Assembly (NCBI GenBank): GCA_002387735.1
Contig: DGKJ01000108.1
Span: 473-64,472 of the forward strand
Length of the DNA stretch: 64,000 nucleotides
Direction: 5' to 3'
From: Bacteriovoracaceae bacterium UBA4573
GTDB taxonomy: Bacteria; Bdellovibrionota; UBA1018; UBA923
The translations under genes were made by a program, and so were the position numbers. Positions 28,507 to 39,000 of this stretch are shown piece by piece. A model generated the notes under the pieces. The model worked only from the letters and a program-made list of their open reading frames with translations. It made no database searches and was not told where the DNA came from. The first letter of the stretch is position 1. Each line of letters starts with the position of its first letter.

Positions 28507-29302
28507 CGAATCGCCGATTGTCAGTGTAGTGATCCCGGTTTTTAATCAAATCGAGTATACGAAAAAGTGTTTAGAAAGCTTGCTGCGCGATCGTGACCGA
28601 CCATCCTACGAAATTATCGTGATCGATAATGGATCGATAGATGGCACGAGGGAATACCTCGAGTCCATGACCGATTCACTTCGCGGAACTCGTGACGTTT
28701 TTAAACCCATCTTCAATGCGGAAAATGAAGGCGTGGCTCCAGCTTGGAACAAAGGCCTTAAAAACGCCAACGGCGAGTATATAGCCATTCTTAACAACGA
28801 CATCGTCGTATCGAATGGTTGGATGCGATCACTCCTTTGGGCCATGGAACAATTCAAGCTTGGATTAATTTCGCCGTTTGCCGAAGTCGGCGGACAAATT
28901 GGATATGATTTTGAAGCCAGAGCTGAACGCTTCACTCGTCGAAACTTTAGTAAATTATGGGCGGATTACGACTTTTGCGCGTTCGTGCTCACGCGCCGCA
29001 CGTTCGACAAAATTGGCTACTTCGACGAAGGCTATCGAGTCGGTGGCTATGAGGACACCGATTACGCACACCGCTTAAAGCGCGCGGGTGTTAGTTACGC
29101 CGTGAGCGGTGCAGCGTTCATTCACCACTTTGGCTCTCGCACGCTCGGTGAATTCAAAATGCGTGGCGATCAACACGCGCCACACAATCTTTCCTACTTC
29201 GTCGAAAAATGGGGTTTTGATCCACGCCACCAACAGGCCACGGCAAAGGCCAAAATTCGCCGTTCGATTCGACGCTTGAAACTGCACTGGGACTTAATGT
29301 AG
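28481..29302 (+). CDS. family 2 glycosyltransferase
   Basis: VSVVIPVFNQIEYTKKCLESL ... IIVIDNGSIDGT is a GT-A fold N-terminus. It overlaps the upstream gene. Confidence 0.75.
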   Translation: MDSRMQNHNESPIVSVVIPVFNQIEYTKKCLESLLRDRDRPSYEIIVIDNGSIDGTREYLESMTDSLRGTRDVFKPIFNAENEGVAPAWNKGLKNANGEYIAILNNDIVVSNGWMRSLLWAMEQFKLGLISPFAEVGGQIGYDFEARAERFTRRNFSKLWADYDFCAFVLTRRTFDKIGYFDEGYRVGGYEDTDYAHRLKRAGVSYAVSGAAFIHHFGSRTLGEFKMRGDQHAPHNLSYFVEKWGFDPRHQQATAKAKIRRSIRRLKLHWDLM

Positions 29303-29312
29303 CTCTCGGCTC

Positions 29313-30068
29313 ATGCGCTTTTTTTTCTTACTGCTCCTTTGTTTTGTTACCACCCTTCCCTATGGTTTCTCGGCTGGCAATCCGCCCACAGAACCGAACT
29401 GCCGCGGGGTCGTCGGCTCTAATGAACAAGAGTTTGATCTCCAAAAAGCCCTCGATGCCCACTACCTGCAATACCGCGGAGTCACGAGCACCGTGGTTCG
29501 CAATTCCAAGGCTTTTGTTTTCGTGACCGACCAAGTGGTCGCAGACCATTTGCCAAAAACTCATTTGGGGCACGAGGTCGAAATCGCAGTCGTTCCCGTC
29601 GATCTTAAAATTCGTTCTTCCGCCGGACAACTCACCACTGACTTCACCAAAGCCGTCGCGGCGGCAAACGCGCTAGGAGAAAAATTTGGCAATGAACCGT
29701 GGTGCATGGGCATAGGCGTCGAAGGCGAAAGCGACGCTTTCCTGGTAAACTTTAGAGTGTCCGACCTCGAGGCCGTCCCCTACGTCCTTGGAGAATGGGA
29801 AGGCGTTCGCGTTGATTCCGAAATTTCGGAAGTCGCCGACCAGGACCACCCTGCCAGAATCGAACTGGTTCGCGAACGCGCAGAATCGGCGCTCGTTGCA
29901 CTTCAAGAAAAAATTTCGAATTCTGATTGGTACATCAATAGTCAACTCAAAGAAGTGAACGGCGGTTACGTACTCAGCGTTTTTGTCACTGATTTCCAAG
30001 CAGCAGACCAAGATCGCACTCCGTTCGCGATCGAGGACATTCAAATCCTATACTCAAAACCAGAATAA
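29313..30068 (+). CDS. hypothetical secreted protein (251 aa)
   Basis: Signal peptide MRFFFLLLLCFVTTLPYGFSA. Confidence 0.45.
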   Translation: MRFFFLLLLCFVTTLPYGFSAGNPPTEPNCRGVVGSNEQEFDLQKALDAHYLQYRGVTSTVVRNSKAFVFVTDQVVADHLPKTHLGHEVEIAVVPVDLKIRSSAGQLTTDFTKAVAAANALGEKFGNEPWCMGIGVEGESDAFLVNFRVSDLEAVPYVLGEWEGVRVDSEISEVADQDHPARIELVRERAESALVALQEKISNSDWYINSQLKEVNGGYVLSVFVTDFQAADQDRTPFAIEDIQILYSKPE

Positions 30069-30134
30069 CCAAACCCAGTCGATCTCTTCGTGAGAGACTC
30101 CGGTTTTGGCGTCAAGCTGTACCCGAAGCCCACC

Positions 30135-30272
30135 TCACGTTTGTCCTACATAGTTGGAATGCAACAGCGCTAGAAAAGGCAAAAGTTTGGCTAAGACTAT
30201 GAGCAACCAGGTCTTTTGCTTAAGTTTTTCTAGCCGAATCCGATACGTTAAATACCTGGTGGTATTTTTCAT
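30135..30272 (-). CDS. candidate small hydrophobic protein (45 aa) with SD-sequestering 5' hairpin; type I toxin-like
   Basis: The minus strand reads GGAAGGAGGTGATCCCAT-ATG, then MKNTTRYLTYRIRLEKLKQKTWLLIVLAKLLPFLALLHSNYVGQT and a stop. It has a strong SD at ideal spacing and one predicted TM helix. It is below the ORF-track size cutoff. Confidence 0.3.
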   Translation of the reverse strand: MKNTTRYLTYRIRLEKLKQKTWLLIVLAKLLPFLALLHSNYVGQT

Positions 30273-30485
30273 ATGGGATCACCTCCTTCCTTACGAAAAG
30301 GAGGTAGATCCATCTACTCGCCTGAGTTTGGCGGGAAACACTTCAGCAAAAACGAAGCCATTGCAAACGCAACTAACGTGGCACGGGTATCCACATTTCC
30401 GGACCAGGATCTGAGTCTTCGGTCTATTTCCCTGACCAAATCTCAATACTTGACTTAAAAAATACAGCTCTATATAAGAACGCAG

Positions 30486-32258
30486 ATGTTTCGCCAGAGC
30501 TTCCTTCTCACCCCCATTCTCTCGGCCGCCCTGGCGGTTTTTGGTGGTTCTGCCTTTGGCACCACCTGCCGGTTCGTCATTGAATCACAAAATGAAACCT
30601 CTGGCGCCGTTGTGGACACGATTAGCGAAGACCCGATTCGATTTATAGAAATGGCGCGTTCGCGGGCGGCCGAAGCTAAGGCACAGGGTAAAACTGATTT
30701 TGAAGTTCCTGAATTATCCACTGTAACCAAAGAAATTCTCGTTTCCATCGCAAACGACCTGGACACTTCGCCACCCCTCGCCGACCAACTCATCGCGCTG
30801 CAAATTCGCGGCGAAAAAATTTTAGCGAACCACGTACCTTACCGCGAACTCGTTCGATTGGTGTTTCAGTGGTCCGAAACCGTCGACACGATCAATCGCG
30901 TGCAAGTACTGACCCGTCTGGGCACCGCGCGTGCTAAAACACTCATCGAAAAAGCAGCAACTATTTCGCATTACGAATTCGCCCGTGCGGCTCAAGAGAT
31001 TCTTTTTGATCTCGCCATCGAAACGCTCGAAGAGCTTAAAGACACACGACCAATCGAAGCCCAACGTTTGATCGAAATCGGCCACGCCCAAGCCCGCGGG
31101 GACGACACCGCCATGAAAGCCGCTCAATGGGTCGAAGCCAGCGTGAAGTTGGCAGCCACCACCGATCGCCGGTTTCCATTCGCGCCCAACGAATTTCTCA
31201 CCCTTTTCCACGAAAGCTACGGCCGCGCTCGCCTGGAAGAGCTGCTCGAAGAAGCCCCGAACGTTTTAATGGTCTTTATGTTTGGGACGACCTCCATTCG
31301 CACGATCAATCGCTTGCGTGCCTCTGGAGTACTGGTGCATGGACTTTCGCGCCACCCCCAATACATCGATAACTTCTACCTTTCTCCCGTCGAAATTCTT
31401 TTTCACGACGTGGGCCACAGCTGGCTGATGAAAAGCCAAGATCGCCGCTACGGTTTAGCGTCTACCCCCGAACGCTGGCTCCAATACCTAAACCTCGAAA
31501 GGCGCATTGATCACCTCGCCCAACACGACGAACTTTTAGCCAAGGTGGCGGAATATTATCTCTTCGAAGTCGACCACGAACGGGGCTACCCCTTCGATGT
31601 GTTCATCAACACCAACGAGATCAACACCGAAATGTGGGTCGATACGATTCTCAAAAAACTCCAAACCAAGTTTTGGGCCAAAAACCCGGTGCCGGATTCG
31701 ACCTTTGGCCGGTTGAACGAAGCCCGACTTTGGTTGCTCGAACAGTTTCGCGAACTGCTCGAAGAAGCCATCGAACGCCGCTTCCAAGCTGTCAAAGATC
31801 AACCTCACCGCGTAGCTGTGGTACCTCTCCAACGAAGCGAACGGGGGTTACCGGTCGGCGGAGTGATCGCTAAGAGTGGCACGATTTATATCGAAGCCAT
31901 TTCTAATAAGGGTGAAACTTTTCTCAGCGACATTTTTAATTTTTCGGTTTCTCAGGTGCCAGCCGAAATAGATGGGTTGCTCGATCAGCCGGAAACGCTC
32001 ACACTGATTCGTAAACACCTGGACCGCTTTATGCCGATGAAAGATGGCGAGAGGCACCTGACTTCGTACGAACTTTTCAAAATGCGCCAACTACGCCATG
32101 CCGAAAAAAAACATACACCGCTGCCGTTTTCTTATCGCGGGGTGGGTACCACCTATCAAGAACGCGGACTTGCGATTGAAGGCGCTCCTGGCCAAAAAAT
32201 GCTAGTACTCGAATCGGGGCGGCGGGTGCCGCTGCATTTGGTTTGCTTTCTGCCATAA
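30486..32258 (+). CDS. hypothetical secreted protein (590 aa)
   Basis: Signal peptide MFRQSFLLTPILSAALAVFGGSAFG. No recognisable domain. Confidence 0.5.
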   Translation: MFRQSFLLTPILSAALAVFGGSAFGTTCRFVIESQNETSGAVVDTISEDPIRFIEMARSRAAEAKAQGKTDFEVPELSTVTKEILVSIANDLDTSPPLADQLIALQIRGEKILANHVPYRELVRLVFQWSETVDTINRVQVLTRLGTARAKTLIEKAATISHYEFARAAQEILFDLAIETLEELKDTRPIEAQRLIEIGHAQARGDDTAMKAAQWVEASVKLAATTDRRFPFAPNEFLTLFHESYGRARLEELLEEAPNVLMVFMFGTTSIRTINRLRASGVLVHGLSRHPQYIDNFYLSPVEILFHDVGHSWLMKSQDRRYGLASTPERWLQYLNLERRIDHLAQHDELLAKVAEYYLFEVDHERGYPFDVFINTNEINTEMWVDTILKKLQTKFWAKNPVPDSTFGRLNEARLWLLEQFRELLEEAIERRFQAVKDQPHRVAVVPLQRSERGLPVGGVIAKSGTIYIEAISNKGETFLSDIFNFSVSQVPAEIDGLLDQPETLTLIRKHLDRFMPMKDGERHLTSYELFKMRQLRHAEKKHTPLPFSYRGVGTTYQERGLAIEGAPGQKMLVLESGRRVPLHLVCFLP

Positions 32259-32268
32259 AAAGAGAAAA

Positions 32269-32306
32269 GGGCTGAAGATCGTCCCTGATCTCCAGCCCCT
32301 TTTTTT
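32269..32306. terminator. bidirectional rho-independent terminator between convergent genes
   Basis: ggctgaagatc-gtccct-gatctccagcc hairpin, flanked by an A-run 5' and a T-run 3' (cccttttttttcttcttc). Confidence 0.5.
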
Positions 32307-32570
32307 CTTCTTCTTTGTCAGTGCTTCTATTAACCAGGAGGCTCTCCATCCCGTTTTTGGAGTTCCCCCAACCCACACGCCAATACAGTAAAGCAAACAG
32401 CGTACCACTTAATGAGTACACTTTCATTCTCCGGTCACGCTGTTTTTGAACTGCCGCAACTCGCTGAAGTATTTCGTGATTTTAAAATGACCAGCAGCGT
32501 TAACTTTGGCCAATTGCTCGACTCAATAGAACTTTCTCGCCGAGTGCAAAAGGACTCCGGTAGCAGTTTG

Positions 32571-33395
32571 TCACCAGAGTGGAATCAAAGTGACAATTTG
32601 ATTGAAGACTTCCCCGTTTGCTCCAATCAGGGACTTCCAACCTTTATCACCTTCAACGAACCGTCCACCGGCCCGTTCACCGCTACTAGTCCAGACGAGA
32701 TCTGCTGGGCGCAGTAGTTTTCTTTTGATCGTGCGATAGTACGCATATTTTCCCGACTCTTGTGCGATCAACGACCAGGCTTTGAGCTGACTTGCTCGCA
32801 CCGCAACAATCGAAGCTCGCTCGAGCAACGAGGTATCGTCCGCATCGCAACGATCTAAGAAATCATCGGTCATCACGTCAAACCGCAGAGTAGGCCAATG
32901 CTCCCAAGCAGGACCTTGTCGATCAAATCTTTGATAAAAGCTAAAAAGTTTGGGGTCGGTCTTGCGAAAAATTTGACCGGTAGAGAGCCGCGTATCTACT
33001 TCGGAATCCCAGGTCACTTGATCCAGCCTACAAAATGGACCGTATCGGCAAAGGTCACACAACCTCGACCAGTAGAGACTGCGCGAAGTAGGAACATCGT
33101 GCGCGAAAAAATTCCTACTTTGGGCTTCAAGGTCGAGTGCAGCAGCGGCGATCCAATAACCGATCGCCAATTCTAACGCTTCGGCACTTTCGCGGTCCTC
33201 GGCCGGCAAGGAATTTAAAACTTGGTTGCGCCAAATTTCTTTCTTCAATTTTCCTCGAACAACAGTCACCAACAGCGCATCGCGCCTCATGTTCAAGGAG
33301 GTCGGATTTTCAAGACTCGGAGGTGCACTCCATGTTAGGTTCGCACCGCAAAGACTCAAAACAAGGACCCATAGCCCACATTTAAATTTTTTCAT
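32571..33395 (-). CDS. hypothetical secreted protein (274 aa)
   Basis: Signal peptide [24 protein letters not shown]. Its start lies 15 bp from the divergent start at 33411. Confidence 0.45.
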   Translation of the reverse strand: MKKFKCGLWVLVLSLCGANLTWSAPPSLENPTSLNMRRDALLVTVVRGKLKKEIWRNQVLNSLPAEDRESAEALELAIGYWIAAAALDLEAQSRNFFAHDVPTSRSLYWSRLCDLCRYGPFCRLDQVTWDSEVDTRLSTGQIFRKTDPKLFSFYQRFDRQGPAWEHWPTLRFDVMTDDFLDRCDADDTSLLERASIVAVRASQLKAWSLIAQESGKYAYYRTIKRKLLRPADLVWTSSGERAGGRFVEGDKGWKSLIGANGEVFNQIVTLIPLW

Positions 33396-33410
33396 TTTGG
33401 GGAAAACTCT

Positions 33411-35423
33411 ATGACAAGCTCAGAAAAAAAAGCAAACCGCCTTGCGGCAGAAACCAGCCCCTATTTGTTGCAACACGCACAAAATCCGGTGGATTGGCAC
33501 GCTTGGAACGACGAGTCTTTGCAACGCGCAAAAGCGGAAAATAAACCTATCTTGCTGTCTATTGGCTATTCCTCGTGCCACTGGTGCCACGTCATGGAAC
33601 ACGAGTCTTTTGAAAATGCGGCGATTGCCAAACTCATGAACGAAAATTTTATTAATATCAAAGTGGATCGCGAAGAACGCCCCGATATTGACCAAATTTA
33701 CCAAAACGTAGCGCAGCTCATGACTCGCAGCGGTGGATGGCCACTCACCGTTTTTCTGACTCCGGATCTTAAACCGTTTTTTGGGGGGACCTACTTTCCG
33801 CCGGAAGATCGTTACGGAAGGCCGGGCTTTCCTAGAGTACTAACGGCTCTCGCCGAAGCTTTTAAGAACGATCCGAATTCGGTTGCCGAAAACGCCAACC
33901 GTCTCACCGACGCAATTTCAAAACTTGAGTCCGTTTCAAACGAAATCAACACCAAGCCGGATTTGACTGAATTAAAAAAAATCGCCGACCAGCTCCTAGC
34001 CCATATTGATTGGCGCAACGGGGGGCTCGGCCATGCACCGAAGTTCCCCTCTCCGATGACTTTTTCGTTTCTGTGGCGCTGGGGAACTATCACTCAAACT
34101 GGCCAAGCCCAGGATGCCGTCGTGCTGACGCTTGAAAAAATGGCTCGCGGCGGAATTTACGATCAACTCGGTGGCGGATTTCACCGTTACAGTGTTGATG
34201 AGTCCTGGAGTGTGCCTCACTTTGAAAAAATGCTCTACGACAATGGATTGTTACTTAAACTTTATTCAGAAGTTTTACTTTCGCCACTGCCCCACTCTGT
34301 TTCAGAAAAAGAGCGCGCACTTTTTTTGAAGACCATTCAAGAAACCGTCGATTACGTTATGCGAGAAATGGCGGACCCCGAAACAGGGGCTTTCTACAGC
34401 GCGCAAGACGCAGATAGCGAAGGGCGAGAAGGCGCTTTTTTTGTTTGGAGTAAAAATAACTTTGTCGACATCTTAGTTAAAAATGGTTTCAGCGAGACTG
34501 ATTCCCTGGCTTTAGCCAACCACTTCGGAGTCACCGAGGCGGGTAACTTCGAACACACTAACGAAACGGTTCTATGGACAAGCCCCCAAGAGGCGCTGGA
34601 CCGCCACGACCTCGTCGCAAAGGCGCGCTCGGTGCTTTTTGCTGAACGTGAACGTCGCGAAAAACCCTTTCGCGATGAAAAATCTCTAACTGGCTGGAAC
34701 GCCCTCATGATTTCGGGTTTAGTCTGGGCATCACTTGCGCTCAAACGTCACGGCGACCCGGCCCGGGCCAACGAGGCTCACCAGGCCGCCCAACGCGCAT
34801 TTGATTTTCTGCGAACCACGCTTAGTCAAAGTTCCAATCATTTATGGGCCACCGCGAAAGATGGCAAAGCAAAAATCGAAGGCTTCCTCGATGATTATGC
34901 TTTTGCCACCACCGCCGCAATCGACATGGCGAGGTTGGGTCACCTCGACGCCATAGATTTGGCCGCACAATGGAACGAAACTATTTGGAAAGAATTCTTA
35001 GATGATACCGGAACGGGATTTTATTTTACCAGTTCCAGGCACGAACGATTGATTGCTCGGCCGAAAACAATTTACGATCAAGCGATTCCATCTGGCACCG
35101 CTACCACCTTGTGGAACTCGTTGCTGCTGGCAGAACTTCGGGCGGATTCGGCATTAGCCGCAAAAGCGGAAGATGTGCTTTTTCGTTTGTTTACGCCTTT
35201 ACTAAATAGCGCTCACGGGATGGCGGAACTCGCCAATGCATCCTTGTTGTGGCTCTGTTCACCGGGGGTCGTTAACTTTGAACTAAAAGAGTTGCACCCT
35301 TTTTGGCTGGTAAAAGGTAACGAGAGCGTCGATCAGAAAAAGACCGTCTGCCAACGCCAAAGTTGCGTGGCGGCGCCCGCTAATTTCTCACTTCAAGAGG
35401 CTCTTTTACGAAGTTTAAAATGA
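33411..35423 (+). CDS. thioredoxin-domain protein of the YyaL/DUF255 family (N-acylglucosamine-2-epimerase-like C-terminal domain)
   Basis: The N-terminal thioredoxin-like [15 protein letters not shown] (CxxC), a length of 670 aa and an alpha/alpha-toroid-type C-terminal region are typical of YyaL-family proteins. Confidence 0.75.
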   Translation: MTSSEKKANRLAAETSPYLLQHAQNPVDWHAWNDESLQRAKAENKPILLSIGYSSCHWCHVMEHESFENAAIAKLMNENFINIKVDREERPDIDQIYQNVAQLMTRSGGWPLTVFLTPDLKPFFGGTYFPPEDRYGRPGFPRVLTALAEAFKNDPNSVAENANRLTDAISKLESVSNEINTKPDLTELKKIADQLLAHIDWRNGGLGHAPKFPSPMTFSFLWRWGTITQTGQAQDAVVLTLEKMARGGIYDQLGGGFHRYSVDESWSVPHFEKMLYDNGLLLKLYSEVLLSPLPHSVSEKERALFLKTIQETVDYVMREMADPETGAFYSAQDADSEGREGAFFVWSKNNFVDILVKNGFSETDSLALANHFGVTEAGNFEHTNETVLWTSPQEALDRHDLVAKARSVLFAERERREKPFRDEKSLTGWNALMISGLVWASLALKRHGDPARANEAHQAAQRAFDFLRTTLSQSSNHLWATAKDGKAKIEGFLDDYAFATTAAIDMARLGHLDAIDLAAQWNETIWKEFLDDTGTGFYFTSSRHERLIARPKTIYDQAIPSGTATTLWNSLLLAELRADSALAAKAEDVLFRLFTPLLNSAHGMAELANASLLWLCSPGVVNFELKELHPFWLVKGNESVDQKKTVCQRQSCVAAPANFSLQEALLRSLK

Positions 35424-36145
35424 AAATAAATTGCGACCACTAACACTGGAATACTAATGGCCTGGGAAGTCGACAAGTAATTGTCAACGATATGGCCGCG
35501 GATTGAGTCGCCTCGCCAAAATTCTAGCACGTAGCGACCGATGGCGTATGACCCTGCAAACCAGACGGCTAACTCGCCTTCGTAGGCTTTGCGGGTACGG
35601 CGCCACCAAAGAACACCAAACGTAACCATCAACAATGCAAATTCGTAAAGTTGCGTCGGGTGCAAGTGGCCAAGACTGGGTTCGTTGGCCATCACCACTC
35701 CCCACGGTAAATCGGTCGGCGTACCGAAACAGCAGCCGCCAAGCAAGCAGCCGAGGCGTCCGATTCCGAGTCCCATGCAAAGCCCCATGGTCATGCCATC
35801 AATACGCGGCCACACTGCGAGTTTGTTCCAAGCAAGGTAAGCTGCGAGATAAAGTGTGCCGATGATAAGACCACCGTAATAAACAAATCCTGCACGCGCG
35901 TTAAAGAGCACCGCCAAAATATCTACGCCCGGATCATTAATGCGGGTAAATACGTACACAATGCGGGCGCCGACCAAACCCATTAGAAAAGTAAAGACCA
36001 CCATGCGCGTGGTTTGATCGCGGTTCCATCCGGCGCGTTTGGCCTCGGAGTCCAAAACAACCAACGAAACAAGTACGCCGATCGCCATAGCAAGGCCGTA
36101 GGAAAACAACTCGAAGGTACCGATTCTAAAAAGTATGGGGTGCAT
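35393..36145 (-). CDS. lgt: prolipoprotein diacylglyceryl transferase
   Basis: Starting at the ATG at 36145, [25 protein letters not shown] aligns with the E. coli Lgt N-terminus. Conserved GARIVYVF and HPTQLYE motifs. The ORF-track start at 36181 is a TTG. Confidence 0.85.
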   Translation of the reverse strand: MHPILFRIGTFELFSYGLAMAIGVLVSLVVLDSEAKRAGWNRDQTTRMVVFTFLMGLVGARIVYVFTRINDPGVDILAVLFNARAGFVYYGGLIIGTLYLAAYLAWNKLAVWPRIDGMTMGLCMGLGIGRLGCLLGGCCFGTPTDLPWGVVMANEPSLGHLHPTQLYEFALLMVTFGVLWWRRTRKAYEGELAVWFAGSYAIGRYVLEFWRGDSIRGHIVDNYLSTSQAISIPVLVVAIYFHFKLRKRAS

Positions 36146-36195
36146 GCTTGCATCGTAGCAAACAATCGGCGAAAGTGACAACGAGGGTTTTAAAC

Positions 36196-36729
36196 ATGAC
36201 TATCGCGCGACACAATATCTTCGTTTTAATTTGTTTCACCGTATTGTCCGTTTTAATTGCCACTCCGGCGCAGGCCGCTCCCAAAGGCCAAAGCTTTGCC
36301 GGAGCGGGCGTGGGTTTTGAAGTACTCACCAACGGCGGCTCGGGCACTGGTTTCTACACGACCGCCCTAGGTGGCTACCAATTCAACGACACAAACTTCG
36401 GACTGGGTTTGCACGTCGGGTACTCCAATGTCGGCGGAGTCGGAATTAAAGTTCTCGATTTCGGGGCCTTTGCTCAATACTTAGACGACGTGAGTGGAAT
36501 GTATGGTCGACTATACGTCGATGGCATTCACGGTTCTACCGCGGACGGCAAGCGCCGAAACGGCGTCGACGGTCGGGAAACTACCGCAGCTGTCGGCACA
36601 GGACTTGGCCTTCTTATTCCTTCGGCGGGAAGTTTTCATCTTGTTCCCGAAGTCACCTATCGATTGGCTTTTTTCAAAGAACAGGTTCATTTGATCGCTG
36701 GCACGTTTGGCGTGCAATGGGACTTTTAA
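36196..36729 (+). CDS. small outer-membrane beta-barrel protein (OmpW/OmpA-like 8-strand family)
   Basis: Signal peptide MTIARHNIFVLICFTVLSVLIATPAQA. Gly/aromatic-rich beta-strand pattern. C-terminal FGVQWDF ending in Phe, the OMP signature. Confidence 0.6.
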   Translation: MTIARHNIFVLICFTVLSVLIATPAQAAPKGQSFAGAGVGFEVLTNGGSGTGFYTTALGGYQFNDTNFGLGLHVGYSNVGGVGIKVLDFGAFAQYLDDVSGMYGRLYVDGIHGSTADGKRRNGVDGRETTAAVGTGLGLLIPSAGSFHLVPEVTYRLAFFKEQVHLIAGTFGVQWDF

Positions 36730-37580
36730 ACTCTAATATAACCGCGCGCGTTCGCGCGCAGTACGAGCGGTATCCCTACCCCCACGTCCCGTGGTGGAAG
36801 TTGTTGTTTCTACCAGGCACCAAACAACTAGAGCGCCTGGCCGTACCCAACGCGCGAACTATACTCGTAGCGGGCTGCGGCACTTTGCAAGCAACCTTAG
36901 TGGCGCGCGCCAACCCACAATCACAAATTGTCGCCCTAGATTTAAGTGAAACCGCTCTTCGCAAAGCGCAGCGAATTGCAAAATTCTGCGGTGTCGGTCA
37001 GGCAATTCGATTTGAGCAAGGGGATCTGCACGAGCTGACTTATCCGGACGCCAGTTTTGATTACTTGGTATGCACCGGTGTGCTGCACCATTGTGAAAAA
37101 CCCCAAAGTGCACTTTCCGAACTTGCTCGCGTGTTGGCCGACCAAGGCACTCTTCGTCTCATGACCTATGCTCCCAAATCGCGTAGTCAAATTTACCAGC
37201 TTCAACGACTGGTCAAAGGTTTGAACTTATCCGAAGCCAAACGCACACTCGACTCACTTTCTCGAACCCATCAACTTCGCTATGCATATCGGAGCTACTC
37301 CGACGCACGCACGAAGGCTGGTTTCGTAGACGGTTTTCTCCACGCGCACGATCAACCAATAGCTTACTCTGATTTTGAAAAATGGTGTAGCTCGCTCGGT
37401 TTAGAAGTGCTTCGAGTCGATCTCCCGCCCGGCGAATCGTTAACCGAACTTGCTAGGGCCCTCGGCATTGATCAGCAAACGTTCTCGAACTACTCGACCT
37501 GGAAGCAACTAGAAATTGTCGACAACCTTAGTGGCTTTCGAATGAATCCAACGCTGGTACTTAAAAAAATTAGGGCGTGA
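36717..37580 (+). CDS. class I SAM-dependent methyltransferase
   Basis: Motif I ILVAGCGTLQATLVARA, motif II VALDLSE and the downstream LVCTGVLHH. Confidence 0.7.
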   Translation: MGLLNSNITARVRAQYERYPYPHVPWWKLLFLPGTKQLERLAVPNARTILVAGCGTLQATLVARANPQSQIVALDLSETALRKAQRIAKFCGVGQAIRFEQGDLHELTYPDASFDYLVCTGVLHHCEKPQSALSELARVLADQGTLRLMTYAPKSRSQIYQLQRLVKGLNLSEAKRTLDSLSRTHQLRYAYRSYSDARTKAGFVDGFLHAHDQPIAYSDFEKWCSSLGLEVLRVDLPPGESLTELARALGIDQQTFSNYSTWKQLEIVDNLSGFRMNPTLVLKKIRA

Positions 37581-38922
37581 TTTTTACAAGCTCTTTTTCG
37601 CGCTCGACTCGAGCCCGCTCAAGAGAGGCATTGACTCGTGCCACGCGATCAAGAAGCGCACCGGGCGGCAAATCACGAAAATACTGCAACTCGTTTAAAG
37701 CACTTCGAATCGGTACCATTCGAAGATCGTAACTTACGAAAACCGCCTGCCCTGAAAAGTTCTGATTCTCAACTTTTCGAGCCTGAGGTCGATTACTAAA
37801 CGCAAACTCTCGATGTCGCTCTAGTGCTTCTTTAAAAGTGAGCACTTCAATCGTTTCGATTTTCTTTAGTAAATCTAAGAGCAGCGGTTCATTTAGGTTA
37901 CGGCGCACGAGCCAAGCAATAAAAAGCGGCGCTTCGACGTATTCCAAAATTGATGGCAAGTGTTCGTTGAGGTGCGAATCTTTAAGGCCGCTGTCGAACA
38001 AGCGCATGATTTCTTTTTGGGCTAGTTCAGTCATCTCGTCATCAATGGGGTGTATCGCAAGTCGAAACAACGTCCGCAGGGCGGTGTACTGCCCCGATTG
38101 GGCGACCTCCCCTAGGCGGCGGGTTATCGAAGCTTGAAAATTCGAAAAAAAGTACGCGTTCGGCAGATCTGCGACCAAACCTTTATCACTCGACGTCCAC
38201 TCTCCAAACGTCGATCCTTGGTCCAATACTTTAATCGCCGCGGCTACCCGTCGATGATCGTCGAGTGCTTCGGCAAGATTCGCAAAACCCGTGTCAATGG
38301 CAACGTACTCAAGCAGAGGAATTTCGCTTTCGTAGGGTTCCCGAGCCGCTTGTTCGAAGAGCTGCCAACGAATTTGGGGAGCAGCAGAAAAATGTAAATA
38401 CAACGCCATTCGATCTTCTGTCGGAAGCACGCGAGAGAGTACAAAACGCGAGGCCCAACGTGGCGGTAATGCTAGTGAAGCGAGCGCGTCTAAATTGGCC
38501 TCGTGAGTGCGTTCAAGAATCGATACCTGATTTCGTGCTCCTGTGTGAAGTCCCACCAACAGAAAGCGAAAAAGTAGCTCTTGAAGATCGGAACCACTTA
38601 CTGAGCGTAACGAAACAGCCGTGTTGCGCAAGACTTCTACGGCCTTCACCCGCGTGGTTTCGTTCAACGCTGGTGAAACTGCAATGGCTTCTAGCTTTCG
38701 AAGTAAACCTCGGATTGGTTTTTCGTCGGTAGAGTCTATGGATTTTTGTGTGAGCGTTTCTAGTTCGCGAGTTAAGTTGGTAAGTTCGCGACGCTGCGAT
38801 AAATCGTTATCGGTTAATCGCCCTACTAGTTCTTTACAGCTTTCCGCAAGGACCACCCCCGGTGTGAGCGTAACCAAAAGAAGTGCCCCGGCGAAAGTAA
38901 CCCCAATTCCCCTTACCTTCAT
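37570..38922 (-). CDS. hypothetical secreted protein (about 450 aa)
   Basis: The ATG at 38922 gives signal peptide MKVRGIGVTFAGALLLVTLTPGVVLA. The ORF-track start at 38949 is a TTG. Confidence 0.45.
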   Translation of the reverse strand: MKVRGIGVTFAGALLLVTLTPGVVLAESCKELVGRLTDNDLSQRRELTNLTRELETLTQKSIDSTDEKPIRGLLRKLEAIAVSPALNETTRVKAVEVLRNTAVSLRSVSGSDLQELLFRFLLVGLHTGARNQVSILERTHEANLDALASLALPPRWASRFVLSRVLPTEDRMALYLHFSAAPQIRWQLFEQAAREPYESEIPLLEYVAIDTGFANLAEALDDHRRVAAAIKVLDQGSTFGEWTSSDKGLVADLPNAYFFSNFQASITRRLGEVAQSGQYTALRTLFRLAIHPIDDEMTELAQKEIMRLFDSGLKDSHLNEHLPSILEYVEAPLFIAWLVRRNLNEPLLLDLLKKIETIEVLTFKEALERHREFAFSNRPQARKVENQNFSGQAVFVSYDLRMVPIRSALNELQYFRDLPPGALLDRVARVNASLERARVEREKELVKITP

Positions 38923-38942
38923 GGCTGTGGCTTGTACTAATG

Positions 38943-38972
38943 TTGACAATAAAAATCAATGATCGGTATACT
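38943..38972 (+). promoter_or_regulatory. sigma-70-like promoter (TTGACA-N18-TATACT) for the FKBP gene
   Basis: TTGACAataaaaatcaatgatcggTATACT lies 30-60 nt upstream of the ATG at 39001. Confidence 0.4.
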
Positions 38973-39000
38973 TTTCACAAACGTAGGAAAGGGAAACGCA

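Noticed and set aside
30154-30458. Plus-strand ORFs 30154..30414 (86 aa) and 30273..30458 (61 aa) in the 418-nt intergenic gap
   Set aside because: There is no Shine-Dalgarno before either start. The minus-strand 45-aa ORF, with a perfect SD at ideal spacing and a TM helix, explains the region better.
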